From Octopus vulgaris (Eukaryota), in the NCBI GenBank assembly GCA_951406725.2, contig OX597817.1, positions 58,652,001-58,716,000 of the forward strand: 64,000 nucleotides of DNA. Direction: 5' to 3'. Of the stretch, positions 62,622-64,000 are shown in pieces. The notes beneath the pieces were generated by a model, which saw only the letters and a list, made by a program, of their open reading frames with translations, had not been told where the DNA came from and made no database searches. The position numbers and the translations under genes are program-made. Position 1 is the stretch's first letter; every line of letters begins with the position of its first letter.

Positions 62622-64000
62622 TATCCATTTAAATACTCAAAACTACTGACAAATGCTCCCCAGAAAAGTAAAACAACTGAAGAGAAAATTTCTTGTACAT
62701 CACAAAATTTAAGGGTCAATTATACAACTGAAGAGAAAATCTAAGAGTCAATTATACAACTGAAGAGAAAATTTCTTGCACATCACAAAATTTAAGGGTC
62801 AATTATACTTGTGTTAAAATAAGTGAAAAAGGTACGAAAGCTCATCACCCGACCCCTCATTTGCCTACATATGGTGATTATTTTTTGTTTAGAACGCATG
62901 TGTGTATATTCATAATTTACATACAACTTGCTCAAACATTCCCAACATCAGCTGTCAACTGAATATCACAGTCATTTCAGCACCTTACAGCAGTTGTCAC
63001 TGTTTCAGCTAGGCTGTGTTGATATTTGACATTACTTAATATTATTGCTTCTGACTTTCAAAGAAATACAGATTATAATAATCCCTTTTCTGATAAAAAA
63101 ACAGATGAGAGTTGGTGACAGAAATGGCTTCCAGCAACAAAAAATTAAAAAAAGTAAAGGGCACTCGGTGGGTTACGACAACAAGTGTCCCAGTTGATCC
63201 AATCAACAAAACAGCCTGCTCATGAAGTTAACATGCAAGTGACTGAGCACTCCATAGACACCCATACCTATTTCTTTACTACCCACAAGGTGCTAAACAA
63301 AGAGAGGACAAACAAGGACAGACAAACGGATTAAGTCGATTATATCGACCCCAATGCGTAACTGGTACTTAATTTATCAACCCTGAAAGGATGAATGGCA
63401 AAGTTGACCTCGGCGGAATTTGAACTCAGAACATAACAGCAGACGAAATACCGTTAAGCATATCGCCCGGCGTGCTAATGATTCTGCCATCTCGCCCATA
63501 CCTTTAACATAATTCTCAGGCAGATTAAGCTTGACATACAATGTGACAAGGCTGGCCCTTTGAATAACAGGTACAACTCATTTCTGCCTGCTGAGTGGAC
63601 TGGAGCAAAGTGAAGTAATGTGTCTTGCTAGGTATTGAACTCATGACCTTGTGATTTTGAGCTGAATACTCTTAACCATTACGCTAAGTCTCTTCACTTC
63701 CACCCACAGAATCCTGCTTCAAAATCAATTTCTGTCCAAGCTATGTGAGAATGAAAAAAATAGATGTTAACCAAACAAAATGTTTTAAAATGTACAAACA
63801 ATCTGCTTTAACACATCAATGGAAAACTGGCAGTCTTTCCAGTGAGGGCCAAAATGAGTTGTCCTGTTTGTTCCAGCTGTGCACGTGTCTGAATTTAAAT
63901 TCCACTGAAGTCAACTCATTGGCATAAGTAGAGTGAATGCTGCCTGGGGCTGCCCTGCAGTTTCCCTCCTCCTTCTGTCCAGGCCTCCGAGCCTCTACAA

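Overview
AT-rich, microsatellite- and retroelement-dense eukaryotic DNA. The repeat landscape resembles a coleoid cephalopod (Octopus-like); this is inference from pattern recall. One protein-coding gene is supported: a minus-strand procollagen galactosyltransferase (COLGALT/GLT25D, GT25 family). I assembled it by hand from 13 GT-AG exons (62049 down to 20869). Phases are consistent throughout, giving 1555 nt and about 518 aa ending in KVEL-stop. Its first coding exon(s) lie beyond the right edge of the window. Almost all other ORFs in the track are microsatellite or repeat artefacts. Introns and flanks hold RTE-type LINE remnants (one with a PHD-like finger inside the RT), an R4/Dong-type remnant, several tRNA-derived SINE families, piggyBac/hAT MITEs, two non-autonomous Helitrons, a 26-bp minisatellite grown out of a retroelement tail, and many long inverted repeats. 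The most notable signal is at least five unrelated Penelope-like repeat families carrying minimal type I hammerhead-ribozyme motifs. One of them has a tRNA-like Pol III head, an (AAT)n spacer, a hammerhead and inverted termini. There is also a perfect 27-bp intronic copy of an exon start. Exon coordinates were read base by base; repeat boundaries are approximate.
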